61,804 nucleotides of DNA from Candidatus Omnitrophota bacterium (GTDB taxonomy: Bacteria > Omnitrophota > Gorgyraeia > JAHIPI01): positions 1 to 61,804 of the forward strand of contig JAHIPI010000040.1 of assembly GCA_018894435.1 (NCBI GenBank). The letters are read 5' to 3'. The stretch's first letter is position 1. Every line of letters starts with the position of its first letter. Below, piece by piece: positions 35,651-45,808 of the stretch. The notes below the pieces were generated by a model, which made no database searches, had not been told where the DNA came from, and worked only from the letters and a program-made list of their open reading frames with translations. The translations under genes were made by a program, and so were the position numbers.

Positions 35651-36781
35651 ATGGAAAACAACAAAAAGAAAGATCATATTTGTGTCGTAAAGATAGGGAG
35701 CTCTGTTTTGGCAAAAGATTCGGGCGGTATTGATGAAGACCGCATCAAGGATATAGCCGAACAGGTAGGAGCCGTACGCAAAAAAGGCCTTGCCGTAATA
35801 TTAGTATCTTCGGGGGCTATAGCCGCTGGTATAAAGATCCTTAAGCTCGGCGCGCGCCCCGAGTCATTGCCGGATGTGCAGGCGTGCGCCGCAATAGGCC
35901 AGGCGGAAATGATGAAAAAATATGACGAGGCTTTTAGGCGAGTCGACCTTCTCGTTGCGCAGGTACTGCTTACGCAGGACGACATAAACGATAGAGAGCG
36001 CTATCTCAACGCCAGAAATACGCTGTTCGCATTATTGGCGCAGGATATTGTTATCCCTATAATAAACGAAAATGACACTGTATCGACGGAAGAGATAAAA
36101 TTCGGCGATAATGACCGCCTTTCAAGCCTTGTAGCGAGCCTTATCGGAGCCGATAAACTTATAATAATGTCCGACGTAGACGGCCTTTACAAAATAGACC
36201 GGAAGGATAAGACGAAAAAGAGCGTCATGCGCAGAGTCGATGCCATAACCGATGAGATAGAGAGCCTTGTAATCGATGAGGCAAGCAAGTTTGGAGTCGG
36301 AGGTATGGCCAGCAAATTACAGGCGGCAAAAATAGTCACAAATGCCGGCATAGAATGCGTTATCTTAAACGGAAAAAAGAAAAACATACTTCTGGATTAT
36401 TTTTCCGGAGAGGAAGTAGGGACAGTCTTCGTATCTAAACAGCCGAGGATAGGGGCGAGGAAGCGCTGGATAGCCTATTCACTGAAACCCGCCGGCACGG
36501 TAAAAGTGGATAATGGCGCAAAAGAAGTGCTTATAAAGAAAAATAGAAGCCTTCTTGCCTCGGGAATTATCGGGACGAGCGGAAAATTCGGCGCCGGTGA
36601 CGCGGTAGGCATAACGGATGAGCATAATACGGAATTTGCCCGCGGCATCGCCAACTACTCTTCGTCGGATATTAATAAGATAATGGGGACGAACACCAAG
36701 GACATAGAGAAGATCCTGGGTTATAAATATAAGGACGAGGTTATCCATAGAGATGACCTGGTTATCTTGGAGAAAGTCTAA
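35651..36781 (+). CDS. proB: glutamate 5-kinase (with PUA domain)
   Basis: Start moved to ATG 35651. VVKIGSSVL, NENDTV, and a C-terminal PUA-like region. Confidence 0.92.
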   Translation: MENNKKKDHICVVKIGSSVLAKDSGGIDEDRIKDIAEQVGAVRKKGLAVILVSSGAIAAGIKILKLGARPESLPDVQACAAIGQAEMMKKYDEAFRRVDLLVAQVLLTQDDINDRERYLNARNTLFALLAQDIVIPIINENDTVSTEEIKFGDNDRLSSLVASLIGADKLIIMSDVDGLYKIDRKDKTKKSVMRRVDAITDEIESLVIDEASKFGVGGMASKLQAAKIVTNAGIECVILNGKKKNILLDYFSGEEVGTVFVSKQPRIGARKRWIAYSLKPAGTVKVDNGAKEVLIKKNRSLLASGIIGTSGKFGAGDAVGITDEHNTEFARGIANYSSSDINKIMGTNTKDIEKILGYKYKDEVIHRDDLVILEKV

Positions 36782-36785
36782 ATTC

Positions 36786-38042
36786 ATGGAACTGAAAAAA
36801 GAGATCTTAAAGATGGCGAGGACCGCGAAAGAAGCCGCGCTTATACTGGGCGACGCTTCTTCCGAGGAGAAAAATCGCGCGATACGGCTTATGGCGAAGA
36901 AGATAAAACTCAGCGCCTCTTATATATTGCGCGAGAATAAAAAAGACGTAAAGGCCGCCGAAAAGAAAAAGATGAAACCGGCCCTCATAGACCGGCTTGC
37001 GCTTAACGCCAAACGGATACAGGCCATGGTCTCATCTTTAGAAGAGGTAGCCAGGCTGGATGATGTAGTCGGCCAGATAATACAGGCGAGAAGAAGGCCC
37101 AACGGCCTCTTGATCGCCAAAGTACGTGTTCCCATAGGAGTAATAGGCATAATATATGAAGCGCGGCCCAATGTTACGGCGGACTGCGTCGGCTTATGCA
37201 TAAAATCCGGCAATAGCGTCATATTAAAGGGCGGAAGCGAGGCGCTTAATTCTAATGCCGCCATATTTAAATGCCTTAGGGATGCGCTCTCGGGTACATC
37301 CATACCGAAAGAGGCGGTTCAGCTTATCATTTCAAAAGATAGAAATGCCGTGAAAGAACTTTTGAAGCTAAATAATTACATAGACCTTATTATGCCAAGA
37401 GGCGGAGAAGGCCTTATAAAAGAAGTTACGGAAAATTCCAGGATTCCCGTTATAAAGCACTATAAAGGCGTATGCCATGTATATGTAGATGAAGACGCGG
37501 ACCTCAATATGGCGCACAAGATAGCGATGAACGCCAAGGTCCAGAGGCCCGGAGTCTGCAATGCGATGGAAACGCTTTTGGTCCACGCGGATGTTGTCGC
37601 GCGTTTTCTGCCGGGCATAAACCGCGATTTAAGGATTGCCGGGGTGGAGATCAGAGGTTGCAAAAAGACACAGGCCATATTAAAGGGTGTAAAGGCCGCC
37701 ACAGAAGACGATTGGTATGAAGAGTACCTCGATCTTATATTGGCCGTGAAAGTTGTGGAGGGCCTTGATGAAGCGATAAGGCACATCAATAAATACGGCT
37801 CAGGCCATTCGGAGGCGATCGTTACCGATGACTACCGAAATGCCACAGAGTTTTTGGCGCGCGTAAACTCGGCCTGCGTTTATGTCAATGCCTCTACCAG
37901 ATTTACCGACGGTTATGAGTTTGGCATGGGCGCGGAAATAGGAATAAGCACGGACAAGCTGCATGCGCGCGGCCCGATGGGGCTGGAAGAGCTTACCACC
38001 TACAAATATATAATATTAGGAAACGGCCAAGTCAGAGCATAG
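36786..38042 (+). CDS. proA: glutamate-5-semialdehyde dehydrogenase
   Basis: Start moved to ATG 36786 (MELKKEIL). CNAMETLLVH and GSGHSEAIVT. Confidence 0.93.
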   Translation: MELKKEILKMARTAKEAALILGDASSEEKNRAIRLMAKKIKLSASYILRENKKDVKAAEKKKMKPALIDRLALNAKRIQAMVSSLEEVARLDDVVGQIIQARRRPNGLLIAKVRVPIGVIGIIYEARPNVTADCVGLCIKSGNSVILKGGSEALNSNAAIFKCLRDALSGTSIPKEAVQLIISKDRNAVKELLKLNNYIDLIMPRGGEGLIKEVTENSRIPVIKHYKGVCHVYVDEDADLNMAHKIAMNAKVQRPGVCNAMETLLVHADVVARFLPGINRDLRIAGVEIRGCKKTQAILKGVKAATEDDWYEEYLDLILAVKVVEGLDEAIRHINKYGSGHSEAIVTDDYRNATEFLARVNSACVYVNASTRFTDGYEFGMGAEIGISTDKLHARGPMGLEELTTYKYIILGNGQVRA

Positions 38043-38060
38043 CGCGCTTTCCTCCAATAT

Positions 38061-38639
38061 ATGAAGAAAAAAATACGCATAGGCATTCTGGGAGGGACGT
38101 TTGACCCGCCTCATCTGGGGCATATTGCATTGGCGAGGGAAGCAGCCCGCCAGCTTGAGCTGGACAAGGTCATATTTATACCCGCGCTTTTACCTCCCCA
38201 TAAAACGGTAAAAGATAACAATCCCAGCCTTCGATATAAAATGGCCGCATTAGCGTGCCGGAACAATCCTTTATTTGAGGTCTCGACCATAGAATTAGAC
38301 AGAAACGGCATCTCATATTCCGTCGATACATTGCGCGAGCTTAAAAAGATATACGGCGCGTCCACCCGGTTTTTCTTTCTAACGGGCTCTGATTCACTAA
38401 AAGAGCTAAAAACCTGGAAAGAGAGCAAAAAGTTACTGAAGCTTACACATTTTGTGGTGGCAAAGAGGCCGGGTTTTCCTATGCGCGGAACAAAGTGCGG
38501 TATGATAGTGCTAAATGCGCCGCTTTTAGATATATCTTCTTCCGCAATAAGAAAGCGCGTGAAGAACTCTCTTCCCATAAAGCAATTAGTTCCGGAAGCG
38601 GTCAGAAAATTTATTAAAGATAAAGGATTGTACAAATAG
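38061..38639 (+). CDS. nadD: nicotinate-nucleotide adenylyltransferase
   Basis: GGTFDPPHLGH and ISSSAIRKR. Confidence 0.92.
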   Translation: MKKKIRIGILGGTFDPPHLGHIALAREAARQLELDKVIFIPALLPPHKTVKDNNPSLRYKMAALACRNNPLFEVSTIELDRNGISYSVDTLRELKKIYGASTRFFFLTGSDSLKELKTWKESKKLLKLTHFVVAKRPGFPMRGTKCGMIVLNAPLLDISSSAIRKRVKNSLPIKQLVPEAVRKFIKDKGLYK

Positions 38640-38641
38640 GC

Positions 38642-38670
38642 TTGACGATTATATTTTTTTGTGATAACCT
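38642..38670 (+). promoter_or_regulatory. possible sigma70-like promoter (TTGACG-17 nt-TAACCT)
   Basis: TTGACG at 38642-38647, TAACCT at 38665-38670. A GC hairpin CCCCGC-CATA-GCGGGG (38688-38703) sits in the leader. Confidence 0.35.
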
Positions 38671-38721
38671 GATTTAAATTTAATCTGCCCCGCCATAGCG
38701 GGGTCATTTAAGGAGGAAAGA

Positions 38722-38871
38722 ATGGCTGATAAGGGATATTGCGTAAAGTGCAAGTCAAAAAAAGAGATGAAGGAAACAAAGAAGATCAAAATGAAGAACG
38801 GAAGACCGGCCATGAAGGGCCGCTGCACAGATTGCGGTACGGGCATGTACGTAATAATGAAGGTCGAATAA
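38722..38871 (+). CDS. small zinc-ribbon protein (DUF5679-like), 49 aa; below the ORF-track cutoff
   Basis: My own translation: MADKGYCVKCKSKKEMKETKKIKMKNGRPAMKGRCTDCGTGMYVIMKVE. AGGAGG lies 6 nt upstream. CxxC...CxxC. Confidence 0.75.
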   Translation: MADKGYCVKCKSKKEMKETKKIKMKNGRPAMKGRCTDCGTGMYVIMKVE

Positions 38872-38879
38872 TTTAGGCA

Positions 38880-39236
38880 TTGAAGAATATTTCAACCAAT
38901 AAGAAGATCACAGTTACGCGAAACGCGGCTTTGGCTAAGAAGGCCAAAGATGTCGTGTTGCTGGATCTCAGGAAGTTGCCTGCTATCTCAGATTATTTTA
39001 TATTGGCCAGCGGTGAGTCCACTACGCAGATAGAGGCTATAGCTGATAATATAGAGAAAGAGCTCTTCCTTAATCATTGCAGGATATGGCACAGAGAAGG
39101 CTCGGGCGATGCGCGCTGGATCTTGCTTGATTACGGCGATGTAGTGGTTCATGTCTTTCACAGCCAGACAAGAGACTTTTACAAGTTGGATAAACTCTGG
39201 CACGATTCGCCGCGCAGGAACCTTCACCCGCAATGA
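38880..39236 (+). CDS. rsfS: ribosome silencing factor RsfS
   Basis: TTG start. DYFILASGESTTQIEAIADNI and WILLDYGDVVVHVF. nadD-rsfS linkage. Confidence 0.9.
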   Translation: MKNISTNKKITVTRNAALAKKAKDVVLLDLRKLPAISDYFILASGESTTQIEAIADNIEKELFLNHCRIWHREGSGDARWILLDYGDVVVHVFHSQTRDFYKLDKLWHDSPRRNLHPQ

Positions 39237-40930
39237 TCTCAGCCAAGTTCGAAAAGAATCTTAAAGACTTAATTACCGCATGCATAAGGGATATGGAGCG
39301 CGAAGGGCTGGTTAAGCTCAGCCTTCCGAACAGCGCGCATATTCCAGATATCGAACTTGAAGGCCCGCGCGACAAGAGCCATGGAGACCTGTCCACAAAC
39401 GTCGCATTGCAGCTGGCAAAGTACGCAAAGAAAAACCCCGCTGATTACGCCGCGCTTCTTTCCGAAAGAATAAACACATCCCTTAAAAAATCCGATTTGA
39501 AAGACACCATAGAGAAGGTGGAGTCAAAACCGCCTGGTTTTATAAATTTTTGGTTTTCCGAAAGTCATCTTTTAGAGACATTAGAATACATATCCCTAAA
39601 AAAGACGAGATACGGCAGTATCGACCTTGGCCGCGGGATGAGGGTAGATATCGAGTTCGTAAGCGCCAACCCGACAGGGCCCCTCACTATTGCGCACGGA
39701 CGGCAGGCGGCATTCGGCGATAGCTTGGCCAATATACTGGCATTCGCCGGCTACAGGATGACCCGCGAATATTACGTAAATGACGAAGGCAACCAGATGA
39801 ATATGTTGGCCCAATCCATCCGCGCCCGCTATCTGGAATCATACGCCATTACGGCAGAATTCCCCGCCGAAGGATATCAGGGCTCTTACATAAAGGATAT
39901 AGCCGCGGCGATTAAAGAAAAATACGGCACTCGCTTCATCAAAAAAGAATCTTTGGAATTTTTTAAGGATTTTGGTTGTAAATGGCTTTTGGCTGACATA
40001 AAAGATGACCTTGGAAAATTTAACGTAAAGTTTGACGTGTGGTATAGCCAAAAGAAACTGGGCCAGTCCAACAGGATAAAGAACGCGATAAATTTTTTGT
40101 CCAAAAAATGCCTTATCTACGAAAAAGGCGGCGCGCTCTGGTTCAAATCGACAGACTTGGGTGACGATAAGGACAGAGTGATCATAAAAAGTACCGGAGA
40201 GTACACCTACCTTGCGCCTGATATAGCCTACCATGTGCATAAATTTAAGAGGGGCTTCGAGCGCCTTATTGATATTTGGGGGCCCGACCACCATGGATAT
40301 ATCCCCAGGATGAAGGCGGCTGTCAGGGCTATGGGTCGGAAAGACGAGTGCTTCTATCCGCTTATTATCCAGTTAAGTACTTTATATAGAAACGGAAAAG
40401 CTGTACAGATGTCCACAAGATCCGGCGAATTTATGACATTGCGCGAATTGAGGGAAGAGGCAGGATTTGACGCGACGCGCTTCTTTTTCCTTAGAAGAAA
40501 AAGGGATTCACATCTTGACTTCGACATGGAATTGGCAAAAAAACATTCCATGGATAACCCCGTATACTATATACAATATGCCCACGCGAGGATCTCGAGC
40601 CTTCTTGAGTATAAAAAGACTCTGAGATCCGCGGCCAAAGGACCTATCGACAAAGAATACCTTAAGGGCAAGGATGAGCTGGATGTCATAAAGACGCTCG
40701 GATATTTTCCGCTGATTATAGAAACATGTTCCAAGACGCTTGAGGTATTTCCACTTCTGGCGTATCTTGAAGAAGTCGCCTCTTCATTCCACAGCTATTA
40801 TAATAAGCATCGGATAGTTACTGACGATCGGCGCGAAACAAGGGCGAAACTCTTTTTGTGCCTTGCTATCCAGACTGTCATTGCCAACGGGCTCAAGCTT
40901 TTAGGCGTGACCAGCCCGAAAAGCATGTAA
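39233..40930 (+). CDS. argS: arginine--tRNA ligase
   Basis: SANPTGPLTIAHGR (HIGH-type) and a C-terminal DALR anticodon-binding region. 565 aa. Confidence 0.95.
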   Translation: MISAKFEKNLKDLITACIRDMEREGLVKLSLPNSAHIPDIELEGPRDKSHGDLSTNVALQLAKYAKKNPADYAALLSERINTSLKKSDLKDTIEKVESKPPGFINFWFSESHLLETLEYISLKKTRYGSIDLGRGMRVDIEFVSANPTGPLTIAHGRQAAFGDSLANILAFAGYRMTREYYVNDEGNQMNMLAQSIRARYLESYAITAEFPAEGYQGSYIKDIAAAIKEKYGTRFIKKESLEFFKDFGCKWLLADIKDDLGKFNVKFDVWYSQKKLGQSNRIKNAINFLSKKCLIYEKGGALWFKSTDLGDDKDRVIIKSTGEYTYLAPDIAYHVHKFKRGFERLIDIWGPDHHGYIPRMKAAVRAMGRKDECFYPLIIQLSTLYRNGKAVQMSTRSGEFMTLRELREEAGFDATRFFFLRRKRDSHLDFDMELAKKHSMDNPVYYIQYAHARISSLLEYKKTLRSAAKGPIDKEYLKGKDELDVIKTLGYFPLIIETCSKTLEVFPLLAYLEEVASSFHSYYNKHRIVTDDRRETRAKLFLCLAIQTVIANGLKLLGVTSPKSM

Positions 40931-40993
40931 TCTATTTAGATAAATCCTTCATTTTAATCCGTTCAAAAGACATTTTCCAAAAGAGTAACTCAA

Positions 40994-42898
40994 ATGTTCG
41001 AATCCATAAAAATATACAAGAATGAAAAATTGGACTTGGAAGGACTGCTCGCCGAGCTTTATCACTATGGCTATGAGCATGTCCAGAGGGTGGCCGAGTG
41101 TGGCGATTTCAGCCGGCACGGCGAAGTGGTGTCTATATTTCCGGTTACGTTTTCAGATCCTATACGCCTTGAACTAAAAAATGACACCATAGAAAAGATA
41201 AGAAGTTATGATATTGAAACCGGCCGCGCGATAGAGGAGCATAACGCCGTAATAATACTCCCCTTGAAGGGAATTCACAAAAAGACGATAAGATCAAAGG
41301 CTGTAGAGCTTTCGGAACGCTCGCCCATAGATAGTTTTGTTGATATAGAGCCCGGCAATAGGGTCGTGCACGTAGAGCACGGCATAGGTATATATAGGGG
41401 CGTAGAAAGGCATAAGCAAGGCGCGAAGATTATGGACAATATAGTCATTGAATATGCCGAAGGCGATAAACTTTATGTGCCGTTCTCGGACATAAATTTA
41501 GTCCAGAAATATATAGGTTTCGAAAAGAAGTCTACTATCCACAAATTGGGAGGCAAGCTTTGGAAGAGGGCTAAACTCGCTGCCCAAAAAGGAATAAATA
41601 ATCTTGCCCTTGAACTGCTTGAGCTTGCCGTAAAAAGAGAGGCGATGGAAGGGTTTCAGTTTTCAAAGGATGCGGACTGGCAGAAGGAATTAGAAGGCAA
41701 TTTTCCGTTTAAAGAGACGCCGGACCAGGCGAAGGCGGCGGAGGAGGTAAAAGGAGATATGGAAAAGCCGAAGCCGATGGACCGCCTGATATGCGGCGAC
41801 GTAGGCTACGGCAAGACGGAAGTGGCTCTTCGCGCGGCATTTAAAGCGGTTATGGATAATAAGCAGGTGGCCATGTTGGTACCGACCACAATATTGGCAG
41901 AGCAGCATTATAATACGTTTACAGGCAGGATGAAGAAATATCCCGTATCCATCGCCATGCTAAGCAGATTTAATACCGGATCCGAACAGAAGCGGATTCT
42001 CCAGTTGCTTAAGGACGGCAAAATAGATATAGTCATAGGTACGCACCGTCTTTTATCTTTGGACGTGGGTTTTAAGGATCTGGGGCTTGTAATAATAGAT
42101 GAGGAACAGAGATTTGGCGTTAAGCATAAGGAGACATTGAAAAAGATGAGACTGATGGTGGATGTGCTTACGATGACGGCAACACCCATACCAAGGACTT
42201 TATACATGTCCCTGATGAGCGCAAAAGATATGTCGCAGTTGGAAACGCCCCCTCAGGATAGACTACCCATCAAGACAACTATTCTGCGTTATGACGAGGG
42301 AGCGATAAAAGAGGCCATAGAGCGTGAAGTGAGCCGGAAGGGGCAGGTATATTTTGTTACCAATAGGATAAGAGGGATAGAGAAGATAGCGTATCATTTG
42401 GAAAAATTGTGCCGCGACGCCAAGATTGATGTAGCGCACGGTCAAATGCCGCCCAGAGCCCTTGAGTCTGCGATGTTAAAATTTATAAAAGGGGATACAG
42501 ATGTCCTTCTATCTACGGCAATAATAGAATCCGGCATAGATATACCCAACGCAAATACGATAATCATAAATAATGCGGACCGGTTCGGCCTGGCGGATTT
42601 ATACCAACTGCGCGGCCGCGTGGGACGGTTCAAAAGGCAGGCATACGCGTATCTGGTCATGTCCAAAGAAGGCTCGTCAGCGACACTCGCCCAAAGCCGA
42701 CTCGATACCATACATAAGTTTACGGCGCTCGGTTCCGGATTCAGGATAGCCATGAAGGACTTGGAAATGAGGGGCGCCGGGAATATTTTAGGGTCGGAGC
42801 AGCACGGCTATATAAATTCTATAGGTTTCGACCTTTATTGCAGGCTGCTAAAAGGCGCGGTCAGCGCATATAAAAAGACCTTGAGAATCGGCGCTTAG
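40994..42898 (+). CDS. mfd: short Mfd-like transcription-repair coupling factor (RNAP-interaction domain plus translocase only)
   Basis: GNRVVHVEHGIGIYRGVE (CarD/RID), GDVGYGKTEVALRAAF, IIDEEQRFGV, QLRGRVGR. Only 634 aa. Confidence 0.85.
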   Translation: MFESIKIYKNEKLDLEGLLAELYHYGYEHVQRVAECGDFSRHGEVVSIFPVTFSDPIRLELKNDTIEKIRSYDIETGRAIEEHNAVIILPLKGIHKKTIRSKAVELSERSPIDSFVDIEPGNRVVHVEHGIGIYRGVERHKQGAKIMDNIVIEYAEGDKLYVPFSDINLVQKYIGFEKKSTIHKLGGKLWKRAKLAAQKGINNLALELLELAVKREAMEGFQFSKDADWQKELEGNFPFKETPDQAKAAEEVKGDMEKPKPMDRLICGDVGYGKTEVALRAAFKAVMDNKQVAMLVPTTILAEQHYNTFTGRMKKYPVSIAMLSRFNTGSEQKRILQLLKDGKIDIVIGTHRLLSLDVGFKDLGLVIIDEEQRFGVKHKETLKKMRLMVDVLTMTATPIPRTLYMSLMSAKDMSQLETPPQDRLPIKTTILRYDEGAIKEAIEREVSRKGQVYFVTNRIRGIEKIAYHLEKLCRDAKIDVAHGQMPPRALESAMLKFIKGDTDVLLSTAIIESGIDIPNANTIIINNADRFGLADLYQLRGRVGRFKRQAYAYLVMSKEGSSATLAQSRLDTIHKFTALGSGFRIAMKDLEMRGAGNILGSEQHGYINSIGFDLYCRLLKGAVSAYKKTLRIGA

Positions 42899-42909
42899 CG
42901 TGGTATACT
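42881..42909 (+). promoter_or_regulatory. sigma70-like promoter with extended -10 (TTGAGA-17 nt-TGGTATACT)
   Basis: TTGAGA at 42881-42886 (inside the mfd 3' end), TATACT at 42904-42909. Confidence 0.45.
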
Positions 42910-42952
42910 AAATTTTCAACCGTTAGTACACAATTTACAGAAAGGAAATACG

Positions 42953-43852
42953 ATGAAAAGGATCATGTTTGGTATACTGGCAGCCGCTCTTCTTTTGTCA
43001 TTTGCCGGCTGTGCCAATGAAAGTAAGCGCATACTTGCCAAAGTGGACGGTGAAAGTATAACGCTTAAAAACTTTAATGACCGCATAACAAAACTGCCGA
43101 AACAATATCAGGATATAGTCAAAGCGCAGAAACGCAATTATCTAGACGACCTTATTATGGAAAAACTGCTGTATAAGAAGGCGGTAAAGACGGGCATAGA
43201 TAAAGACAAAGAGACTCAGGAGATCATTGTCGAGGCAACAAAAAAGATCGTTATCGCAAGGCTTGTAGAGAGGGAAGTGGAGAAGAAGGTAAAGGTCTCG
43301 GATGATGAGGCCAGGAAATATTACGATGAACACAGCGAAGAGTTTATGCTGCCGGAGAGATGGCGCGCCTCTCACATACTTGTCGATACGCCCGAAGAGG
43401 CCAATGCGATAAAACAGAAATTGGACCAGGGCGCGTCGTTTGATGAACTGGCGCGGGAAAAGTCGAAAGACGCGACGGCGAAGATAGGCGGGGATATAGG
43501 ATATTTCTCAAGGGGGCAGCTTGTGCCGGAATTTGAGGAGGAATGCTATAAGCTTAAAGTCGGCGAAGTGGGAGATGTGGTAAAGACACAGTTCGGTTAT
43601 CATGTTATCATTCTTACAGACAAGAAGAATCCGGAAGTGCAGGAATTTGCGGCGGTAGGGGACATGATAAGGAAAGAACTGGAGCGCGAGAAAAAGAAGG
43701 CGCTCTTAGATAAGATGATGACGGATGTGCGCAGTAACGCCAAGATAGTCATAAATGAAAAACTTTTGGATGAAGAGATTAAGAAAGATGCTAAAGATAC
43801 CAAGAATCCTCCGGAAGCGCCGACCGGAGCAGATTCGGGAAAGAGCGAATAA
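42953..43852 (+). CDS. PpiC/parvulin-type peptidyl-prolyl isomerase lipoprotein (PrsA-like)
   Basis: Lipobox LSFAGC. Parvulin domain ASHILV...FGYHVIIL. Confidence 0.85.
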   Translation: MKRIMFGILAAALLLSFAGCANESKRILAKVDGESITLKNFNDRITKLPKQYQDIVKAQKRNYLDDLIMEKLLYKKAVKTGIDKDKETQEIIVEATKKIVIARLVEREVEKKVKVSDDEARKYYDEHSEEFMLPERWRASHILVDTPEEANAIKQKLDQGASFDELAREKSKDATAKIGGDIGYFSRGQLVPEFEEECYKLKVGEVGDVVKTQFGYHVIILTDKKNPEVQEFAAVGDMIRKELEREKKKALLDKMMTDVRSNAKIVINEKLLDEEIKKDAKDTKNPPEAPTGADSGKSE

Positions 43853-43860
43853 CCAATAAT

Positions 43861-44823
43861 ATGAAAAAAAGATTTTATATAAAAACCATATGCGTTATGA
43901 CTTTATTTCTGTTCGCAGCCGCGCAGTACGCCCATTCGGTAGTGGTAGATAAAATAGTCGGCGTCGTAAACGGCGAAGTGATAACCCAGCGCGAAGTGGC
44001 GCAATACCTCTATCCCGTATACGAGGAATATCAGAAAGAGTATACCGGAAGAAACCTCGAAGAAAAGATGATGGAAGCTGAAGACATGGTATTAAATCAG
44101 CTTATAGAGGATAAGCTGATCCTCTCGGAGGCCAAAAAGGAGGGCATAAAGGCCGATAATGATGAAGTAGATGCCCGGATCAGAGAGATTGCCATCGAGA
44201 GGTTTGGCTCGGAGGAGAAATTCAGAGAAGTGCTCGCTATACAGAATATATCCTTCAGCGAAATGAAAGAGTCGCTGAGAAACGATATCATAAAATCAAA
44301 AATAGTCCGCGAGAAAGTCGGCAGCAGAGTCATCATTACTCCCAGCGAGGTAAGGCGGTATTACGATGAGCATATTGATGAATTTGTAGAGCCGGAGAGC
44401 GCGGAAGTATTCAATATGTTAGTTAGAAAAAAAGAAGCGCAGGATGACAAGTCCAAAGAATTAATTAAGAAGATAAAAACACTCATTGATAACGGGAAGG
44501 ATTTTGAAGCGCTTGCCATGGAATATTCGGAGGGGCCGAACGCCAAGGGCGGCGGAGGGTTAGGATTTATATCGAAAGGCGAGATGATAAAAGAGATAGA
44601 CGAAACAATCTTCGCGCTGGAACCAACTCAGGTATCCGAGATCGTGGAAACTCCCATCGGTTATCATATATTTAAGGTAACTGAGAAACTGCCAGCAACA
44701 TCAAAGGATTTTGATTCCGCAAAAGAGGAGATAACGGAAGCTATTTACAAAAAGAAGATACAGAGGAATCTTGCAAAATGGCTTAAGGAGCTGAAAGAAA
44801 ATGCCTATATCTCCATCAAGTAA
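43861..44823 (+). CDS. surA: SurA-like periplasmic chaperone/parvulin PPIase
   Basis: Signal peptide, SurA_N-like region, parvulin GYHIFKV. surA-pdxA-rsmA order as in E. coli. Confidence 0.8.
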   Translation: MKKRFYIKTICVMTLFLFAAAQYAHSVVVDKIVGVVNGEVITQREVAQYLYPVYEEYQKEYTGRNLEEKMMEAEDMVLNQLIEDKLILSEAKKEGIKADNDEVDARIREIAIERFGSEEKFREVLAIQNISFSEMKESLRNDIIKSKIVREKVGSRVIITPSEVRRYYDEHIDEFVEPESAEVFNMLVRKKEAQDDKSKELIKKIKTLIDNGKDFEALAMEYSEGPNAKGGGGLGFISKGEMIKEIDETIFALEPTQVSEIVETPIGYHIFKVTEKLPATSKDFDSAKEEITEAIYKKKIQRNLAKWLKELKENAYISIK

Positions 44824-45808
44824 GCCGCTCGTCGCGCTTACCATGGGCGATCCCTCCGGAATAGGCGCCGAAATAATATTGCAGGCCCTCGCTAAACCCG
44901 CCATAAAAAAACTTGCGGACTATATAGTAATCGGCGACCTTCGGGTCCTTGAAAAAGCAAATCATATTTTACAAAGACGCGGCATGCCATCTATTTCTAA
45001 ACCGGCGTCGATAAACGTACTTGACCTGCAAAATGTCCGGATGGGCGGATTTTCGTTCGGAAAAGAGCGCGCGGATTACGGAAGGGCTTCCATAGAGTAC
45101 ATACGCGAGGCCTTTCGGCTTGTAAGATCCGGGGCAGCAGATAGCATAGTCACCGCCCCCATAAATAAATCCTCTGCCAAAAAATCCGGTTTTAAATTTC
45201 CGGGGCACACTGAATACCTTGCCGCTCAGAGCGGCGCAAAAGATTATGTGATGATGCTTGCCGGCGGGCCTCTCAGGGTAAGCCTGGTCACGCGGCATGT
45301 CAGGCTAAAAAAAGTCTCTCGTATACTTACTTCGGCCAAGATAGAGCGAACTATAAATATCACGCTAAAAGCGCTGAAGGATGACTTCGGGATCTCCCGT
45401 CCCCGAGTGGGGGTATGCGCGCTTAATCCACACGCCTCGGACGGCGGTATTTTCGGAAACGAAGAAAAAAAGATAATCTCTCCGGCGGTGAATAAATTCC
45501 GAAGACAGGGAGTGAGCGGGCCGTATCCGGCCGATGCGCTTTTTTATGATGCCTACCATGGCAGGTTTGACTGCGTAATATGCCTTTATCATGACCAGGG
45601 CCTTATTCCATTAAAGATGATAGCGAGGGACAGCGGGGTAAATATCACTTTGGGGCTGGGTTTTGTAAGGACTTCGCCCGACCATGGTACGGCGTTTGAT
45701 ATCGCAGGAAAAGGCAAAGCGGATCCGCGTTCCATGGAAATGGCTATCAAAATGGCAGTAGATATGGCCGTTAATAGAAAAAGATATGCTTTCAAAAAGC
45801 GAAATTAA
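44801..45808 (+). CDS. pdxA: 4-hydroxythreonine-4-phosphate dehydrogenase
   Basis: ALTMGDPSGIG, GHTEYLA, SPDHGTAFDIAG. Confidence 0.92.
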   Translation: MPISPSSKPLVALTMGDPSGIGAEIILQALAKPAIKKLADYIVIGDLRVLEKANHILQRRGMPSISKPASINVLDLQNVRMGGFSFGKERADYGRASIEYIREAFRLVRSGAADSIVTAPINKSSAKKSGFKFPGHTEYLAAQSGAKDYVMMLAGGPLRVSLVTRHVRLKKVSRILTSAKIERTINITLKALKDDFGISRPRVGVCALNPHASDGGIFGNEEKKIISPAVNKFRRQGVSGPYPADALFYDAYHGRFDCVICLYHDQGLIPLKMIARDSGVNITLGLGFVRTSPDHGTAFDIAGKGKADPRSMEMAIKMAVDMAVNRKRYAFKKRN

